From Callorhinchus milii (lineage: Eukaryota): a stretch of DNA of 64,000 bases. The notes under the pieces are model-generated. The model did no database searches. It was not told where the DNA came from and saw only the letters and a program-made list of their open reading frames with translations. A program made the position numbers and the translations under genes. The DNA lies in the NCBI RefSeq assembly GCF_018977255.1, contig NW_024704743.1, forward strand, positions 19,098,001 through 19,162,000, given 5' to 3'. Below are positions 12,510 through 25,777 of the stretch, in pieces (positions within the stretch are counted from its first letter, which is position 1; each line of letters opens with the position of its first letter).

Positions 12510-12990
12510 AAATTAAATACAAGTATCTGAGACTTTGAAAGAAATGTATTCCATTGCGCTTTACTGTAATTGTAGGTGAGATAAGTACAGTACTTAAAAA
12601 GACTATTCCATTGTTTCCTTATCTTCACTCACCTCAATGGTGGGTGTTAAAGATTGGGAATGGAAGTAGGAATGGACAAGAGTGTTAATACTATCAAGCA
12701 TATCAACACGGATTAAATATTTGTCCATTACGCAATCTACAAAGGTGACTAAAAAGTCGTGAAATGTCTAATATGGCTTAAAAGAATTGTTTTTTACATA
12801 ATTAGGATAACTGAAAAATAAGACTTTTTGGTCACCTTGTATTTGTACCAAAAGGAGGAGAAAGCTTTTCTTCACTCAAAACACCCTCAAAGTTAGATAA
12901 AAGCTTGCTCCACCATTTCCCCGATTGATGATTTGGACTTATTGCATTTTATACCTGCGGATAATCACGGTCTGTACCCAGTGCTTGTTG

Positions 12991-13754
12991 TGTCACAGGT
13001 TCTGCACACTACTGCCAACGGATTTCATTCGTCCTGAAAAAACTGCACTATGAAATCATTTTTACAAGCATCGAAATGACATACCAATTGAGTGATCCCT
13101 CCGCGACAGTGGGGCCCCGGGTGGTCTGATGCAGTTCCTCCAACTTGCACTCTCTGCTGGTGGTGAATGTGCTCTTGTGAAAGCCAGGCTCAGGTGGCGT
13201 CAAGGCAGGCCATTCGTCCTCTCTCTCTCTTTCGTTGCATAGCCTTGACGCCTTTTCTCCCGTGAGGTTGAAAAGTCTCCAACGGCGTGGCCGCCTGCAC
13301 ACCTAAGTTAGGCCACCGCTCTCACAGGTCTATAACGTTAAGAATGGGGCCACATTTGGAAACTTTTACCACATTGTCTTGCCGAATGGCACCCCACTGT
13401 CTCAACTGATCACATGCTTTGTGAGCGTCCAGAGGAAAACATACTGAGTGCTCGTGACAGGCAGGTGCAGCTGTACTCTGGAGACTTCTGATACAAAGTG
13501 AGGCATCTTGTCCCCCCGGCTCAACCCGGAAGTGCATTGTTTTGCCTTTATGAATTATGACTCTTGACTTAATGTAATGCTTTGAGGTGTTGCCAAGTGA
13601 ATGCTTGTGGCCAATAAATAGCTCGATTAAACTCTTTTGAGTCGTCTGTATTCACTCGTTAATACAAACGGGATCCTGGATTTGTCCTCCTAACTTGAAA
13701 CCGTCCTCAACTCTAGTCACCGGGAGATTCGGTTGCAATACCAGCACAGTGACA
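12991..13754 (+). mobile_element. Candidate solo LTR
   Basis: TGTCAC...GTGACA termini; more GC-rich than flanks; AATAAA at ~13614; target-site duplication imperfect (GTTG/ATCG). Confidence 0.4.
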
Positions 13755-14294
13755 ATCGTTCAATGCAGTTATAAAAAAGACAAAGTCAGTATTTAGCACC
13801 AATCTTCATTTACTTCTCAATGCACACCATAATGCACTTGTTTCCATTAGGCTGAAAAAAGCTTGTTCTATACAATGCTTGATACTGGAGGTTGGTTAGA
13901 AAGAGGGAACAGAAGCAGGATTATATATCAGCAAATTCCCCTGAGTGCATGATCTCAAGTTTTAAAATAAGATATTGCATCTGAAAATACAAATTGCATC
14001 AAATTAAGAATTCATGAACCAATTCAATTTCAGTCACTTCAGTTTGCTCCTCAAAGAAAGCAAATGTGTTCTATTGGAAACATGGCTTCTTTAGTTATCT
14101 AGTGAAATCGTAAATGTAGAGCCCTAATTTCTTTTTACCCCATATCCATTCTTACTTATTAATAAATAGCTGTACCCATTGCAGCTTTGCTTGTAACTAA
14201 GGCATCCAATAGATTGACACAGACAGACACACACTTTAGTCTTTATCTATACTCAGGTGAGAGGACTCCTGTGGAAGGACTCCTGTTATATATT

Positions 14295-14455
14295 TTCTCT
14301 TGCAGTCTCTCTGTCTCTCTCTCAGCATCTCTCCCAGTCTTCCGCCCTCTCTTTCTACCTCTCTCAATTTCTCTCCCATTCTCTCTCTTGCAGTCTCTCT
14401 ATCTCGCAGGCTCTCTCTGTATGTCTCTTACTATCACTGTCTCTCTGTCTGTCCC
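14295..14455. repeat. Degenerate (CT)n low-complexity tract
   Basis: Direct reading of the sequence. Confidence 0.8.
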
Positions 14456-15423
14456 ACATGGGAGGAGTCCAGCTCCCATGACTACCAGAAAAAAGTACCA
14501 TACATTTGTTACAGAATATAGATGTATCGATCTGAATAGTGTGCTTTCCTCTGTCACTACGTAGATGCAGAATAGAATGCATACCTCATATTTTGGGGAT
14601 TAATTATAGCATTTTTTTAATACAGTTCATCAAAAATATGCCCAAGACACTGCCAGATGCAAAACCTTTCCAATGAGTTATAAATCATGACACTACATCA
14701 ACTGGTTATTGTGTGATTGTCGGATTCACTGACACACAGACAGACATTTTGTCTTTATTAGTATAGTAGATGCTGCGTTAGAAACCAAGCCTGCCTTAAT
14801 GTACAGTATTCAGTTTACAGTAGACTATCCATAATAATACTTTGGAATATGATTTTGTGCTTGCCACTATTGTTCTCAGCACAGACTCTCTTTACTAACA
14901 TCTTTTTGATTGTTAAAGTTGTCATCAATCATATAAATACATGTCCAATGTATGGGATGTTTCAAGGTATTCTATTCAGAACATTTTTTAATATAAAAAT
15001 AACGTCTGCAAAAATCATTTGATCAACAGTTCCCTTTTGAAACTGTTTAAACAGAATAGTATTAAGATGCTCTATAGAGAAATCTTGCTGTTTAAATGGA
15101 TAAAAAATAGTACTATTGCAAAGATTATGGCAAAGAGTAAGAGAATAGGATTATAGTAGATAGCTCCAGTGGGAAATCTAACACTAGATGAGCTGAAGTT
15201 TCCTTCTGTGCTGTAAACATTTTACAATTTTATGACCATAAAATTTATCCCAAACAATCTCAGAAAATAGAAGACAGCACCTGTTTAATTTAGAAACGTT
15301 CAGCTTTTAGAAACCCCGTTTTGCCTTGTAAAATACCGACTTTTCTGACTTCAGTATGCTTTTAACCTAATTTTACCGTATTTTAAGTACTCTTCAACTT
15401 TAAATCTCAAACATATTATTTGT

Positions 15424-15429
15424 TTTATT
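15424..15429 (-). terminator. Candidate NSUN6 polyadenylation signal (AATAAA)
   Basis: TTTATT on + strand, ~600 nt downstream of the stop codon. Confidence 0.35.
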
Positions 15430-16033
15430 CAGCTTAAAAATCATAATTATTATTGCTATAAACTATGAATCAAACAACGCTCTTGCAATGGCTGAATCCT
15501 GTGCTGCTAAACACAGCACATTATTATACTTCGCCAATGTTTTAATCAAAATGCACTTTGATAGAATAATGAATAATTCACCCAAAAGTTACATAAAAAA
15601 TATTTTGGCACAACTAACCAATACCGTTGAAAAACTGATAAAAAAAATGTATTTGTTGCATGTCTTTTTCATTGATAACTGTCACTATAATTAAAAATTA
15701 TAGAAAAATGGAAAGTGATGGATCTCCAATATTATTTACATTTAATGTAATTGCACAGATTTGTTTCCATGGCCAAACACATTAGAAACATATCAGATTG
15801 AAGCAGCAACCTAAACCAAATGTTATAATCCGGGCTCTAAATGAAATGCAAAAACCTCTGGTGACCTACTTCAACATGTGGTTCACGATCCCATCGAACA
15901 GCTGGCAAAACACACTATTGCCATAGCAATATTGTCGTCAGCTTGCTGTCATAGCAACATCACAGCACAGCAGTGCTTTACAGTAGAGTGTCAAGTGTTA
16001 ACTAGATTGCAGTGAATACATAAAACGAATGTG

Positions 16034-16252
16034 CTATACACCATCCACCTTCAGAAATTTAGCAATAAAGAAACCTATGGTGTCTTCATTTGCAGAGTTG
16101 ATTAAATGCACTTGCTGACTGAGATCCAGCTCTGAAGAATATACATCAAAGTCTCTTGAAATGACGCTGGCTGGATCAAACCGCTGCAGCAATTTCAGTT
16201 GATCACGTGACAGGCCAGCACCCATCATGCCTTCGCCACCAAGGTGAGGCTC
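16034..16252 (-). CDS. NSUN6: NSUN6 last coding exon (EPHLGGEGMMGAGLS...DTIGFFIAKFLKVDGV*)
   Basis: 219 nt including TAG; GFFIAKF motif; summed CDS 1428 nt = 475 aa. Confidence 0.95.
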   Translation of the reverse strand, partial: EPHLGGEGMMGAGLSRDQLKLLQRFDPASVISRDFDVYSSELDLSQQVHLINSANEDTIGFFIAKFLKVDGV

Positions 16253-16815
16253 CTTTGGGGAAAAGAAATATTAAGTGCAGTTTTAACCCTTTACAATCCC
16301 ACCAGAAAATACATTAATGAACATAAGAGCTTTTTGTGAAAAGCAACGGAACCCACAGAAAGGAAAACATCACTAGACAGCTATCATAGCTTTACAAAAT
16401 ACAGATGCAAGACCAATGTGGTGGCAGTCTAAAGAATAAGAGGAATGGCCTTCAGGAGAAGTACAAGCACATTTTAAAAGAAAAAGAAAAAGTGGGCTGG
16501 GTGGGAGGAGGAGATAATGAAGAAACAGCACAAGGGTCAATGATAAGGTTGTATTTCTGACCTAGGTGAATGAATTAGAATTCAAGTATTAATATAATTC
16601 TATGAATTTAGTGAATAATATACTCAGCTAGTACAAAATAATTACATAATTTGAAATTTACATTTAATTTATCAGCGAGTGTTCTTCTTTAACAATAGAA
16701 AAAAGCGCTCAACACACAGTTTTGGGGTAAAACAGTCCAAACAAGTTGCTTACAAAAACTGTAGTCATTAACTAGATATGACATTTCATCTATAGTGTGC
16801 AGAAGAGGTACCCAC

Positions 16816-16941
16816 CTGTTGTTGCAGCTGTAAACATGGAAAAGAAGCCAATGCCCAAGCAACTTGTTCTTCATTTTCTGCCAGTGTTATTGTGCATGTG
16901 CTGTACACCAAAATGCCTCCGGGTTTAAGTAAATGAACTGC
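16816..16941 (-). CDS. NSUN6: NSUN6 coding exon 10, motif VI (AVHLLKPGGILVYSTCTITLAENEEQVAWAL...)
   Basis: 126 nt; LVYSTCT catalytic Cys motif; AG/GT flanks. Confidence 0.97.
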
Positions 16942-17329
16942 CTAAGAAAACAATTCCAGCCTTTAGAAATAAGATACAAGTATAAAATATATAACTTATA
17001 AAACTAGTTTCCTGAGTAGGCAAACACTGATATCTTCTTAGTTGAATATTTTCTTTAACAATTTGGTTTTCATAGCTTTCAGTTCCCCTAGGACATAAAT
17101 TGGGTGGGATGAAGGGGTAGACATTGCACGACCAATGGAGGAAACAGGCTTGAAGGATTAAATGGCTTTTTCTCATTCCATGCTTCCTGTCTTACATTCT
17201 TAAATTAAAAAAACTTTTTAAGTGGAGGAGGCAAATCAGCTGTGTGAAGGCACACCATACAAGTGCTATGATATTCCTTTAGCCAGAAACAAAGGGACAA
17301 AAAGACTAGGTCTTTAAACAACTCAAAGA

Positions 17330-19203
17330 CACTGTTTTCCACAGTCCATCACCTCATCCGTGCACCTCCTCAAGCTCCCTCTATCTTCACATCAAATGCC
17401 AAGTGCGACGAGGTCCTAAACTTTTTCGCCTCAAAGATTGAAAACATTTGCTTGGCTGCATCGTCCTCTCCTCCACCCCCGCTGACCCTTCCAGCCCACC
17501 CAGACATCTACACCGCCTTCTCACTCGGCTACAGCTCCTGCCACTCCCTCCTCCTTACATTCCTTTGCTCCCATTTTCCCGTCCTCCCTCTCAACCAAAA
17601 TCACCCGATTGAAGTTTACCACCTGCTGCCTCGACCCCCTCCCCACCCAGCTGCTGGTCCCTCAACTCCCCCTCCTCTCCCCCTGCTGGCCAACCAGTCT
17701 CTCTCCTCAGGCTCTGTTCCATTCCCCCTGAAAACTGCTCTTATCACACCCCTCCTCAAAAACCCACCCTTGATCCCTCGAATCTCTCATATTAGCGTCC
17801 CATTTGCAACCTACGCTTCCTTACCAAAGTCCTGGAACGCATTGTTGCAGGTCAACTTCAGTCACACCTCTCCCTCCACAAGCCCCTGCAGTCCGGTTTT
17901 CGCCCTAACGACAACACTTGTCAAAGTCACAAACAACGTCCTCTCTATCTGTGACCAGGGCCCCTTCTGCCTCCTCGTTCTCCTGGATCTCTCTGCCATG
18001 TTCAACAGTCGACCACGCCATCCTCCTCCACCGACTGTTGTCCCTCATCCAAATTAGTGGGACCGCACTCGCATGGTTCGAGTCCTGCTTAACCAACCGC
18101 CTCCACTTCATCTTGGCAAATGGTTTCTCCTCCTGCCCCCACCCAGCCACCTACTGGGGTACCAGGGCTCCATCCTTGGCCCTCTTCTTTTCCTCATCTA
18201 TATGCTCCCTCTTGGAGATGTTACCCGCAGACATGGGGGTAAACTTCCACATCTATGCGGATGACACACAAATCTATTTTGCCTCCTCCAGTATCGAGTC
18301 CAGGTCCGCTGCTATCAGCTTGTCTGGCAGACATCAGGACTTGGATGAGTGCAAACTTCCTGCAGCCGAATGTGGACAAGACAAAAGCCATACTCCTTGG
18401 CTCCCATCAACATCTTCACTATTGCTGATTTGAACTCCTCAGCCTCCCTGGGCTCTCCCTCAGACTCACCGAACCAGTGTGCAAGCTAAGCGTCCGGTTC
18501 AACCCCCAGTTTTCCTTCCTCCCCCACATCAGTCCCTGACCAGGACTACCTTCCTCCACCTCCGCCACAATGCCCGCCTCCGACCGTACATTACCCCAAA
18601 TGCAGCTGAAACCCTCGGGCATGCGCTTGTCACCTCCCGCCTGGATTACTCAAACGTACTCCTCACCAGTCTCCCCAGCTCCATTATTCAAAAAATCCAG
18701 CTCATTCAGAACTCTGCCACCCACATACTGACCCGGACCAAACTCCATACTCACATCTCACCAGTTCTGGCCAGAATCCACTGGCTCCCCAACACCAAAC
18801 GGATTGACTTCAAGATCCTCACACTTGCGTTCAAATCCATTCACGCCCTGGCACCTCACTGCCTCTCTGACCTCCTCACTCCCCAATCCACCACCCGGCA
18901 TCTCCCCTTGACTGGCACCGGCCTCCTGTTTGTCCCTAGCACCCTCTACCCCACCAGCGTTTTCAGCCACTACGCCCCAAAACTGGACCACTCTCCCTCA
19001 ATCCCTCCACCTTGCTCCCTCTCTCCCCTTTTTCAAATACCACCTGAAAATCTTCCTCTTCGACTGTACTTACTGTCAGCCCCTCCTCTCCGTGCCCCAC
19101 CGCCCCCACCCGGGTTCAGAGACAGGTACCGCCACGGTTAAGAACTCTGAGACGCTATCTTGCATGGAGGACGCGCTATAAGTGCAACTTGTTGTTGTTG
19201 TTG
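17330..19203 (+). mobile_element. L2-clade LINE, 5'-truncated, frameshifted ORF2 with (TTG)n tail
   Basis: [39 protein letters not shown]...RIDFKIL; TTGTTG tail. Confidence 0.92.
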
Positions 19204-20822
19204 GTTTCATGTATTGCTGCTGATAATGGTAATATTATCCATTAGAATGGAAAATTATTCGGGGAGAGGGAAATTATGTACTCGACTCCTACAAAGAAAC
19301 ATTCCAAACGATCTTTGCCTATCTGAAATAATACACTTTGATTAGTCCAGGTCTACAAACAGAATTTAAACATCAGTAATCCTCAATATCAATCAGGCTT
19401 TAGTCAAAACTTGTAGATAGTCTTTGATTTAAGTTCAAACAGCAGCATCCAATTAGAAAACTGGGATAAGAAGAATGCTGGTTCTGTCGCAGTTGACTAA
19501 CAGCAGCATTTTTGGCTCTTCGTGACAGCTGCTTCCACAGATACAGGTAGCGATGATATGAAACAATGTATCTGCCTTTCTGGATACTGAACCACCAATT
19601 TGCTCATAAATAATGTAAAATGCTGTATTGCTTTAATTGCAATAACATAAAACATTATTCTCTTGTTGCCACCCAATAAACTTTTTAAACACTTCAGAAC
19701 CTTAACTTTAGCTAAGATTTCTTCATTGAAAGTAATTCCTATATCATGTTTTAAAAATATTTTTCCTCCAGTTTTCTAAATGCACTGAATCGTACTGTGG
19801 TCGTTCAATATCTGCCAAATTGTCACAATGACAATTCCAAGTGAGTTCCAAACACCTTATCTAAACATGCTAATAACGGAGTTCCTTGGTATATTTATTT
19901 GCTCTCTCTCCCCCCAACATATGTTAATATTGGTTCACTCGCTCCTCAACATGGTGGGTATTAAAGATCCCATAACATTCTTCAAAAGAGAAAGTGGTTT
20001 TTCCCGGTATTCTAGCCAACAATCTCCCAAATAAAATTGGTCATTCATTCCATGGCTGTTTGTGAGACATTACTGTGTGCAACTCGATGTTACTCACCCA
20101 CAAAATGCAATCAATCCAATTAACAATATATCTTGTGAAACCCTTTGTGACAGCTTCACAATGTAATAAGGCACTATATCAAACACCAGGATTATTGTAA
20201 AATTATTACATCTCACATTCAATGTCACATCAGCACTTCCTCCCACCACATAACACTTTACCTTCTGACTGTACAGTAATGATAAAACAATTTTAGCTCA
20301 CGTATCTATTCTAAAGAAAGTTTTCTTCACCCGTTCCTTCCTCTTACTTTAAATGTGGTTAGTTGTGCAAGTAATAATTTCTGTGCATCAGCCTAGACAG
20401 CAAATTTTAACAGTTCATGAGGCTGTAGCTCTTTTCAGCTCAGTTAGATCTTGTCCTCACTTGGTAATCACTCAACAATACTTTCCAAAGGAAGCTAATG
20501 GATAGAAATTAGGAATCAATGAATTTGACTAACTGCCCTGCAGCCCGGAGTCTAGTTGTAGAGCCTTATTGCCTTAGGTTAGTTAATTCACCACAAACCA
20601 AGAATCACACCACAGGTTTGACTGGTGTGTTTGGCTCAGAACCACACAAACATACTTCCACTCAAATAACTACAAATTGATATTATTACAATGATTAAGA
20701 GAATAGTTATGATTGAAAGTAGCAGTATTTCATATTATTGGAATTTTAGGATGATAAATTCAAAAATGGAGTCTTACTTTATTATGTTTCTGTCAGTAAT
20801 TACATCCTGGGCTAAAACTTAC

Positions 20823-20971
20823 TGTTCTAAAAAGCTTGCGTTGTAAAGGTTGATAACAAGTGATTTCCTTTAAGCTGCAAGCGCAGGCCATATTTGGCCT
20901 CTGACCCAACCCACTGCAAGGTGCATCTAGAAGTACACGGTCAAAAGATTCTGGTGGGTATGGAGGACCTT
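20823..20971 (-). CDS. NSUN6: NSUN6 coding exon 9, motif IV (PPESFDRVLLDAPCSGLGQRPN...YQPLQRKLF)
   Basis: 149 nt; DAPCSG motif of RNA m5C methyltransferases. Confidence 0.97.
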
Positions 20972-22641
20972 CTGAAAGATATAAAACAAAAGATAATTTT
21001 GTCTTTACTTTATCCTCACAATCATCTTAGTTACTGTAAAGCATTTAGACACAAGAATTGTGATTTAAACGATTTCCTACTGGTTTTCACTATAACTACT
21101 CTTTCCTGCGATAAGATACTATTACTTTAATTACTACACGCTGGTATGAGAATATTTCATTAAAACGTAATTATCCTATTTCAAGAGTTTACCCATCTAC
21201 ACAATCATCTATCAAGTGTTTGTAGTCAATTGCCCCCTTCCTTGCCTCCTTCAAGACCCATCTCAAGATCCTCCTCTTCGACTAGGCTTTCAATCATCCT
21301 GCTTCCCCACATTGCCCTCCACTCTCCCCAATCCCGAACCCCAGCTCGGGTCCGAAACACTGACTGTCCAGCACCTCGGGAAGGCCTATCAGCGTGAAAG
21401 GCGCTATACAAATGTAATTTTGTTGTCGTTTGTGTTTTAGAAATATTGGCTTTTTCAACAATAGAATAGTTCCATCGTTTTCCATTCATGTCATGTGTCG
21501 GGCAACATGCTGAATCTGTGTACTCGTTGCATTTTTCTGCAGTCACATAAATAAACTAACCTTTGGCAGACTAATGATAGACATATTCTGAATATTACGA
21601 TTTTTTTCATTTTCTCTTTTTGCCTAATATCAGCTTCCGTCAAACGGGGTGACCTGATTTTCTGAAACAGGTCGGGTGATTCAGTTCACTGATATAATGT
21701 TAAGGGCATTGATAATGGGAAGGGTGATGAACATTCAACAACCATACTTTGCAATCTCATTAAAATAAAGGCATTGTCACATTTAAAACAAAAGCTGTCA
21801 TGTATTCAGCCTTCCTTTTGAGAATATCCAACTTGTGTTCTGCCAATGCCATAGATCACAGCTGATTGAAGTGAAAATTTGGCAAATAACTTTTGGGTAC
21901 ATTTTTCTTAATACTATCATAACTATTTGAAGTGCCTTGGGATGTCCTCCCGACGTGAAAGGCACTAGACAAATCCAATTTTGTTGTTGTTGTTATAACT
22001 GTCTATGACTTTTGCCCTTACTGTTTTTAATTAAGTCCATTCCCTCGCATAAGGACAATTCCTTCCGTGGTGGCATGTTTACAACACTTGTCAACAGTCA
22101 CTGAATCAAACCAAACAATGTACACACAAACCATGAATACAGCACTTACCGAGAATTGGCCGCAGGAGCTTAGGTTAGTCCCCGGCCCCAGGCGAAGTCG
22201 ATTTTCCGCTCGAGCCGCTTCCGCGATCCCAACACTCCCTGCGCCGTGCATGCACAGTCGGAGCCCATTCCACCCACAGTGGCAGCATTGAGCAAACAGC
22301 GCAAGAAGCCCGAGGATTAGCACACAGATTAGTAGTGGTGGAGGGTATCTATACCGCGTTTAAAGCGGAGGAGGGCTTGGTAGCAGCTGCAATCAATGAC
22401 CACTGTCCTGAACAGTCAAGTGCCCGGTTTATTGAAGCAGATGACCTATCTTTTAACACTGTTAATGAAAGAGATTGTGAAAATGTGTCCACAATTGTGA
22501 AGCTGCTGGATTACCAAAATGACCGGATTACCAAATTGACCAGGTTTCTACTGTATATTGTATAATATGTGGAGGGTGCCCCTTTTTTAAAATCATGGTT
22601 TTTAGTACTGTATTTCAAAACTTGCACTTAATATTTTTTAC

Positions 22642-22786
22642 CTTGTCCATCTCGATTTCCTTCAGTATCAAGAGCCTTGGTACCATCATAGCAAAACGCT
22701 TTGATACATTGCAGCTGTAAGTTCTTAGCATTCTGTTTAATCTTCTCCAATTTGTTTGCAATTTTGTCCATTGCCAAAACTTCACC
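22642..22786 (-). CDS. NSUN6: NSUN6 coding exon 8 (GEVLAMDKIANKLEKIKQNAKNLQLQCIKAFCYDGTKAL...)
   Basis: 145 nt, AG/GT flanks, frame-consistent. Confidence 0.95.
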
Positions 22787-24344
22787 CTGTTGGCAAAGTC
22801 ATTTTAAACACATTTTCAAATAAAATGATAAATTGTCAAACTGCTTCACTGGTTATTGTTGAAAAAAATTCAACAATCGACAAATTCAATTCTGGTTTGC
22901 TACCAATGTTAAGAATAGCAACTTTACAAATATTTTGTATGCTTAAAGATGGATATTTTCATTGGTTGTTCACCCCAAAAGAGAAATGTACAAAGAAAGT
23001 CAAAAGTTTGAAAACTTTGAAAGAATTGTAAAACACATAATGGAACTCTACAAATTGCAACAAGCTCTTCCAGAGACCCTAACTAGTACCTTCCAAGAAG
23101 TGAAAATTTGGCGAATACCTCTTGGGTACATTTTTCTTAATACTGTCTTAACTATTTGAAATTTGTTCTCATCTTTATTCCTGCTCTAAACATAGTGCTG
23201 TAGTGCACACAAAAGTACCATAGAGGGAACCAAAGTTACACTTGCAATCAAAGCAATAGTGCATACAAAAAAATTTCACTAAGTTGTTATATTTGTTTAA
23301 AAAGACAACAGCAATTATGGGGTGGGGGAGTCAAGGAGAAAGAGTCTTTGTGTGGTAGGCTATCCCCATCAACAATATAATATTCAAATTATAGCCTATC
23401 TGCTTCTCCTCCAACCCGAGTGGGTTTTTTTTAATTCAGATATATTGCCATATTGTGTTATTCAGCTACATTCCTTTATGTCTTTAGCTAGGTTCAGTAC
23501 GACCCAATAACATATTTATGACACTAAATTAATTTTCAAAGTATTCCTGTTTGGTTCTCGCTATTGCACTTGCATTTTCATTGCTTCAATGATTGCATTA
23601 AAAAAACTAAACTTTTCATAAACAGCTTAAAAAATTTAAAAGACCTCTTAAACCAGGTCGTTTGTTTTGGAGTAGCTTGTGTACCTTTACAGAAATATTA
23701 TATTAAGGTACGTTTCATTTGGAAAAGTTGGCCACCTATTAAAGGTAGAAGTGTGAGATACCATATTTTCCCTAAACGATAATCTCTGTCCAAACAAGCA
23801 AGTGATATTTTCTTTCAACAAAAGAAACATCTGATGGCAGATAAAGATTTTAGCATTTTACATTAAATATTAACATTTTATTATCAGGATGAGACGTTAA
23901 ACCAAGGTCTGTCTGCCTGTTCGTGTGGACGTTAAAGATCCCATGACACTATCCAAAAAGAGAAAGGAGTTCATCCCGGTCGTCTGACCAATAATCCCCA
24001 GGTAAAACTGATCATTCACTTCCCAGCTGTCTGAGGGACATTGCTGTATGCAAATTGACTACTGTTTTTGCCTACAAATATACAGTTACTAGATTTCACA
24101 GGACAACCTGTGTAGTCTTTTGAGAAGTTCTGACGATGTGATAAGATGCTATTTGAAATGCAAGCATTATTTTAAAATTATCTAGTAACAGTGAAAGCTG
24201 ACATCTTGTTGGAAGCAACTGACAAAAGATCTACTTTTCTTATGACTAGCTTATAAAGTCAAGCTGGTAATATCTTATGGTTTAGACTTCCTGTTATATT
24301 CAAAACATGTTAAAGTTAAATGAATGAGCATTTTTTGTATATCA

Positions 24345-24632
<288 letters not shown>

Positions 24633-24722
24633 TCAGTTTTAAATTTGTTATACATATTTTTGGATTATACATATTCAAAGTTACGCAACTACTTCAACAC
24701 CTCTTTAACGCAATACACTATG

Positions 24723-24915
24723 TAATAATAATAATAAACCTTGCATTTGATATAGCGCTTTTCAAGTCTTCTAGACGTCTCAACGCACTTCACAGAATAT
24801 ACTGTAAAGTGAATTGGCTGTATATTTGTGAGAAAAACGCAGCAGCCAATTGCGCACAGCAGTGTCCCACAAACAGATGTGGATTGAAGTGACTAATTTT
24901 ATTATTGTTTATTTT
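24723..24915 (-). mobile_element. Truncated SINE
   Basis: Tail and core match the family. Confidence 0.8.
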
Positions 24916-25255
24916 CTTGACATGTCTGAATGTCAAACGTAATAATACAAAATAACCTTGTTCAAGGTCCATCTCAAGACTGCACTTTCAGTCATCTTTC
25001 TCCTTGGCTCCCACCACCAGCTCAGATTCCCAGCTAGCAGTGTCGAGCATTTTGGGACCTGAAGTGTGCTATACAAATGCAAATTGTATTGTATTGTTCT
25101 GGCTTCCAGTATCGACTATCTGACTACCTATGCAAAAACTTGACTAGCTTCCATGTTGTCAGGTTGCCATTCATGTCTGTCGCCAGGGATCCCTCTGCCT
25201 CCTCATCTCCTGGACCTCTTGGCTGCGTTCGACAGTCGACCTCCTCCACTACCTC

Positions 25256-25664
25256 ATGTCAAGAATTCATCAAATGTTAATGGCATTTGTACAGGTCTTC
25301 CAGTCAGACATAGATTTTTGAAAAACAAGCATGACCAGAGCATTATGAGCATTATGAGCATTATTACTCCAGGTATCAATCTTGTGACTGTTCACAATGT
25401 TTATTCTTAGCTAACAACAACAACTTGCATTTATATAGCTCGGAAATGAAATGCTCGGAGACGCTACTCCGCATGAAGGGTGCTATATAAATGCAAATTG
25501 TTGTTGTTAGCTAAGCTTATTAATAAACATTGTGAACAGTCACAAGATTGATATCTGGAGTAATACGCTGGTCATAATGCTCTGGTCATGCTTGTTTTTC
25601 AAAAATCTATGTCTGACTGGAAGACCTGTACAAATGCCATTAACATTTGATGAATACTTGACAT
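25256..25664. repeat. Near-perfect palindrome (arms 25256-25439 and 25482-25664)
   Basis: Arms are reverse complements with few mismatches and small indels; 42-nt spacer. Confidence 0.95.
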
Positions 25665-25777
25665 CTGTGGAAGGTTGAGGACAAGTCTTTACCTCAACCA
25701 AGGTTAACCAAGATAAACAATGATTGAATAAAAGGACGCTGTATCTGTTGCTTGAAAGATTAGAAATCCAGACTTAC

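Larger units (their letters stand above)
11725..12940. repeat. Right arm of inverted segmental duplication
   Basis: Reverse complement of 9436-10861 minus the insertion. Confidence 0.92.
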
